Assembly (NCBI GenBank): GCA_049969615.1
Contig: JBMFOM010000010.1
Location: forward strand, 1-30,799
Direction of reading: 5' to 3'
Origin: a candidate division WOR-3 bacterium
GTDB lineage: Bacteria > Hydrothermota > Hydrothermia > JBDRYB01
DNA length: 30,799 nt
The notes under the pieces were generated by a model that was not told the origin of the DNA, ran no database searches, and saw nothing but the letters and a program-made list of their open reading frames with translations. Below are positions 27,498 through 30,799 of the stretch, piece after piece (position 1 is the stretch's first letter; every line of letters starts with the position of its first letter). The position numbers and the translations under genes were made by a program.

Positions 27498-28439
27498 GTG
27501 CCGAAGATCTCGGTTGTCTTACCGGTCCACAACGAAGCCCCGAATCTGCCCGAGCTCTCGGAAAGGCTCACGAAGACACTTGACGGGCTGGTGGATGGGG
27601 ACTGGGAGGTCGTCATGGTGGACGATGGCTCCACGGATGACTCCTGGGAGCTCATGAGGGATTTTAGGGCAAAGGATAAGAGGTTTAAGATTATCAGACT
27701 CTCCAGGAACTTCGGCCAGTATGCCGCGGCAATGGCTGGAATGACTGCATCAAACGGGGATTGTGTTGTCATCATGGACGCGGATATGCAGGAGCCACCA
27801 GAAGAAATAGTGAAGCTATACGAGAAATTCCAAGAGGGCTACGACATAGTCTATGGAATAAGGGAGAACAGGGCCGACAATCTACTGAGGAGGCTGTTCA
27901 CCTGGATATACTGGTCAATACTGGCCGGGCTCTCCGGCGTCAGGATGTCAAAGAACCAGGGAATGCTGAGGCTGGCATCCCGGAGGGCCGCGGAGACGCT
28001 CTCACGGATGGGTGACATGGCCAGGTTCATAGATGGCGCGTTCGCATGGGTGGGTTTTCCCCGCGCGGAAGTAATGGTTTCCCAGGCCCACAGGACCAAG
28101 GGCAAAAGCAGTTATACTCCCAGAAAAATGTTGCGCGTAGTGCTGAATGTGCTTACAACCTACTCCACGGCTCCGCTCCGCCTCGCCAGCGTTTTTGGCG
28201 TTCTGTTCATTATACCGGCAATAGGTCTAGCGATATATTACATAGCACTCAGGATAATCTATCCCGATGTGCCGCCAGGATTCACAGCCACCGTGATAAT
28301 CATCCTTTTCATGGGCGGGCTTCAGATGCTCCTTTTGGGAATAATAGGGGAATACATAGCGACCATATTCTCAGAGATCAAAGGGAGACCACACTATATC
28401 ATTATGGAGGCTCAGCTTGGACAAGAAGAAGGCAAATAG
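27498..28439 (+). CDS. GT2 polyprenyl-phosphate glycosyltransferase (GtrB/ArnC-like)
   Basis: SVVLPVHNE, VDDGSTD, LSRNFGQ, MDADMQEPP, two C-terminal TMs, LGIIGEYI...RPHYI. Confidence 0.93.
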   Translation: MPKISVVLPVHNEAPNLPELSERLTKTLDGLVDGDWEVVMVDDGSTDDSWELMRDFRAKDKRFKIIRLSRNFGQYAAAMAGMTASNGDCVVIMDADMQEPPEEIVKLYEKFQEGYDIVYGIRENRADNLLRRLFTWIYWSILAGLSGVRMSKNQGMLRLASRRAAETLSRMGDMARFIDGAFAWVGFPRAEVMVSQAHRTKGKSSYTPRKMLRVVLNVLTTYSTAPLRLASVFGVLFIIPAIGLAIYYIALRIIYPDVPPGFTATVIIILFMGGLQMLLLGIIGEYIATIFSEIKGRPHYIIMEAQLGQEEGK

Positions 28440-29076
28440 CATTCTAGAGGAAATTGACAGATATTTCGCGGAGAGGATAGGGCGTTTTGGCATTTCTCCT
28501 CAGGGCGCTGGCTGGAAAAACCCGGAGGCACAGAAACTTAGATTCAAGGTGATGTGCGAGCTGGTCCTTCCGGAACACAGAAATCGTAGTGTCTCCATCC
28601 ACGAGATCGGCTGTGGCATGGCCCATATGATGGATTATCTGGCCGAGAAAGGGTTTCCGTATGATTATTCGGGCTCAGACGCCCTGACGAGAATGCTTGA
28701 AATCGCAATGGCCAGACACCCGGATATCAGGTTCACCCGTTTCAACATCCTGATTGACCCGCCCATTCAGGAAAGATACGATTATGTGGTAATGAACGGG
28801 GTATTCCATTATCTTGCGGAGGGAGTATCCTGGGGGGAATGGAAAGAAGAGATCCGAGCAATGATCAAGAAGGCCTGGCAAATGACGCGGGTTGGCATGG
28901 CCTTTAACCTGATGACGGATATGGTTGATTGGAAGGATCCGCATCTCTTTTACATAAACCCCTGCGAGGTTATCCCTTGGATCAGGGAATCTACCAGGCT
29001 CTTTGTCATAAAACAGGATTACTGGCCGTTTGAGTTCAGCGTGTTCGCATACAGGGAGGAAATGATTGATAGATAA
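28417..29076 (+). CDS. Class I SAM-dependent methyltransferase (paralog 1)
   Basis: GAGWK...QKLRF, IHEIGCGMAH, YDYVVMNGVF, MAFNLMT...DYWPFEF; TTG after GGAGG. Confidence 0.87.
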   Translation: MDKKKANSILEEIDRYFAERIGRFGISPQGAGWKNPEAQKLRFKVMCELVLPEHRNRSVSIHEIGCGMAHMMDYLAEKGFPYDYSGSDALTRMLEIAMARHPDIRFTRFNILIDPPIQERYDYVVMNGVFHYLAEGVSWGEWKEEIRAMIKKAWQMTRVGMAFNLMTDMVDWKDPHLFYINPCEVIPWIRESTRLFVIKQDYWPFEFSVFAYREEMIDR

Positions 29077-29710
29077 AATACTCAAGGAGATAGAAGAATT
29101 CTACTCAGGGAGGTTCTCTGAGTTCGGGCCAACCGCAAGGGGAGTGGCCTGGAAGGACGAGAAGGCTCAGCGCATGAGGCACGAGGTTCTCCTGGATGGG
29201 ATAAGACACGAGCACAGGGGCAAGCCCATAATGATTCACGAGATAGGGTGCGGTCTCGGGCACATGCTTGACCTGATAAAAGATATGGGCCTTCCATACA
29301 TATATTCTGGTTCGGATACCTCGGAGGCATATCTCATTGAGGCCAGAAAACGCAATTCGGGCAATGAATTTATCAGATTCAACTTCATAACCGACCCTCC
29401 ACCCAAAAATAAATACGATTATGTCTTCCAGTCCGGAGCATTCAACTACCTGCCGCCTAGCGCTGGGTGGGAGGGCTGGAGGGATATTGTTTTTTCAGTA
29501 ATAGACAAGATGTGGGCCATGTGCGAGAAGGGCATCGGTTTCAACCTACTCACGGACGCGGTTGACTGGAAAGACCCAGATCTCTTTTACATAAGCCCGT
29601 ATGAGGTCATTGAGCATCTGAGGAAACTCTCGCGTCTTTTTGTTCTGAGACACGATTATTATCCGTTTGAGTTCACCGCCTTCGCGTACCGGGAGGCAAA
29701 ATGCGGATAG
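29066..29710 (+). CDS. Class I SAM-dependent methyltransferase (paralog 2)
   Basis: GVAWK...QRMR, IHEIGCGLGH, YDYVFQSGAF, IGFNLLT...DYYPFEF. Confidence 0.87.
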   Translation: MIDKILKEIEEFYSGRFSEFGPTARGVAWKDEKAQRMRHEVLLDGIRHEHRGKPIMIHEIGCGLGHMLDLIKDMGLPYIYSGSDTSEAYLIEARKRNSGNEFIRFNFITDPPPKNKYDYVFQSGAFNYLPPSAGWEGWRDIVFSVIDKMWAMCEKGIGFNLLTDAVDWKDPDLFYISPYEVIEHLRKLSRLFVLRHDYYPFEFTAFAYREAKCG

Positions 29711-30417
29711 GTGGCGTTCTCCAGCCCGGATACCTGCCATGGCTGGGCTTTTTTGACCAGGTAGCGAGGTCAGAGGTCTTTGTTCTCCTGGACGATGTCC
29801 AGTACACGGTCAACGACTGGCGAAACCGCAACAGAATAAAGACAAAGGATGGGATCAAATGGCTCACTGTCCCGGTGCTCAAGAAGGGGCACTTGGACAT
29901 GCTGATAAATGAGGTCAGAATAAAAAATTCTGAGCCATGGCAAAGGAAGCACTGGGGCACCATAGAACACGCCTATTCAAAAGCAAGGTTCTTTTCCGAC
30001 TACGCGGAGGAGCTCAGGGAATTCTACGAGAGGGAATGGGAGTATCTGGTAGATCTTGATCATGAGCTCATATACTGGTTTGCCGATAAGCTGGGCATAA
30101 AGACCAGATTCCTGGTTTCTTCAAGGGACCTCATGATAAAAACCGAAGACAAAAACGAGAGGCTCTTCATCCTCTGCGACAAGATAGGGGTAGACACACT
30201 ATATGTCGGCGCGGCAGGCGCCAACTACATGGATCCGGTGTCCTATACCAGAAGGGGTATAAGGGTCATATTCCAGGATTACAAACACCCGACCTATACC
30301 CAGCTCTTCGGCGAGTTCATGCCGTATCTGTCAACGCTTGACCTCCTCCTGAACGAGGGGCCACGCTCTTTGGAGATAATTCTACAGGGAAGCGAGGGCA
30401 TTTTCGGGAAGATGTAG
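29701..30417 (+). CDS. WbqC-family protein
   Basis: QPGYLPWLGFF, LDDVQY...WRNRNRI, WLTVPV, YxQ...F.PYLSTLDLLLNEG. Confidence 0.92.
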   Translation: MRIGGVLQPGYLPWLGFFDQVARSEVFVLLDDVQYTVNDWRNRNRIKTKDGIKWLTVPVLKKGHLDMLINEVRIKNSEPWQRKHWGTIEHAYSKARFFSDYAEELREFYEREWEYLVDLDHELIYWFADKLGIKTRFLVSSRDLMIKTEDKNERLFILCDKIGVDTLYVGAAGANYMDPVSYTRRGIRVIFQDYKHPTYTQLFGEFMPYLSTLDLLLNEGPRSLEIILQGSEGIFGKM

Positions 30418-30437
30418 GAAAGCTTTATGCTTTTTCC

Positions 30438-30551
30438 ATGAAGCGCTTCGGGGTTATCCTGGAACCCCAGCCTGAGGGTGATTTCACCATTTATGGTGCC
30501 AATTTTCCGGCCTTGATTCCTCCGAAAAATGAGGCGTTGAAGTTGGGTTGA
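30438..30551 (+). pseudogene. HicB-like antitoxin 5' remnant
   Basis: MKRFGVILEPQPEGDFTIY resembles the HicB N-terminus; TATGCT 6 nt before ATG; interrupted by the IS remnant. Confidence 0.55.
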
Positions 30552-30712
30552 ACAGGACCAGAGGGGGATAAGAGGGCCTGGCCATCCCGTCTGAGTAGAG
30601 CTGGCTAATGGCCTTCTCTGTTGGAGAGAAGTCTATGAGCTCGTTGATCCTCATAGGAAGTGATCCTCTAGAACCCTCCTCTCAGCTTCAAACTGACCGA
30701 TGTTGAGCGTAA
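30515..30712 (-). mobile_element. IS1182/IS5-like transposase N-terminal remnant with putative terminal repeat
   Basis: Frameshifted EAERRVLEDHFL / RINELIDFSPTEKAISQLYS..RPSYPPLVLF (DUF772-like); GATTCCTCCGAAAAA at 30515-30529. Confidence 0.65.
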
Positions 30713-30799
30713 GCGAATGCTCAGAGGCCAAGGGTTGAACGAAAAGCCTGTTCCCTCAAAACTAAACCCTAACCTTAGGGCCTTCCTTCTGGCCCATGA

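Overview
A 30.8-kb bacterial chromosomal segment of mostly housekeeping and envelope genes: rpmF-plsX, rsmI, a CDP-alcohol phosphatidyltransferase with ino1, tmk, etfBA, an HlyD+ABC pair, thpR, SSS and NSS Na+ symporters each with an unannotated small membrane partner ORF, a PD40/OmpA protein, ribD, natAB-like ABC, pabB/pabC, trmI and a GT2-2xMTase-WbqC glycan-modification cluster. The lipoproteins and OmpA/PD40 protein indicate a diderm; an FCB-related lineage such as WOR-3 is my unverified guess. Many decayed accessory genes are interleaved: an ATPase-wHTH, a GT-C glycosyltransferase, a secreted-protein operon, tspO, an R-M pair between pabB and pabC, hicB and an IS transposase. The most notable signals are: (1) at least 11 transcription-unit-leading genes have a TAnnnT -10 box 6-7 nt before the start codon and no SD, implying pervasive leaderless translation, and some exported proteins have ultrashort signal peptides without a basic n-region; (2) a perfect 31-bp duplication enclosing a foreign 36-bp insert inside a gene, with the geometry of an ectopic Cas1-Cas2 spacer integration; (3) a probable CTG start codon; (4) MITE- and REP-like elements. 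No rRNA, tRNA or CRISPR array was found.
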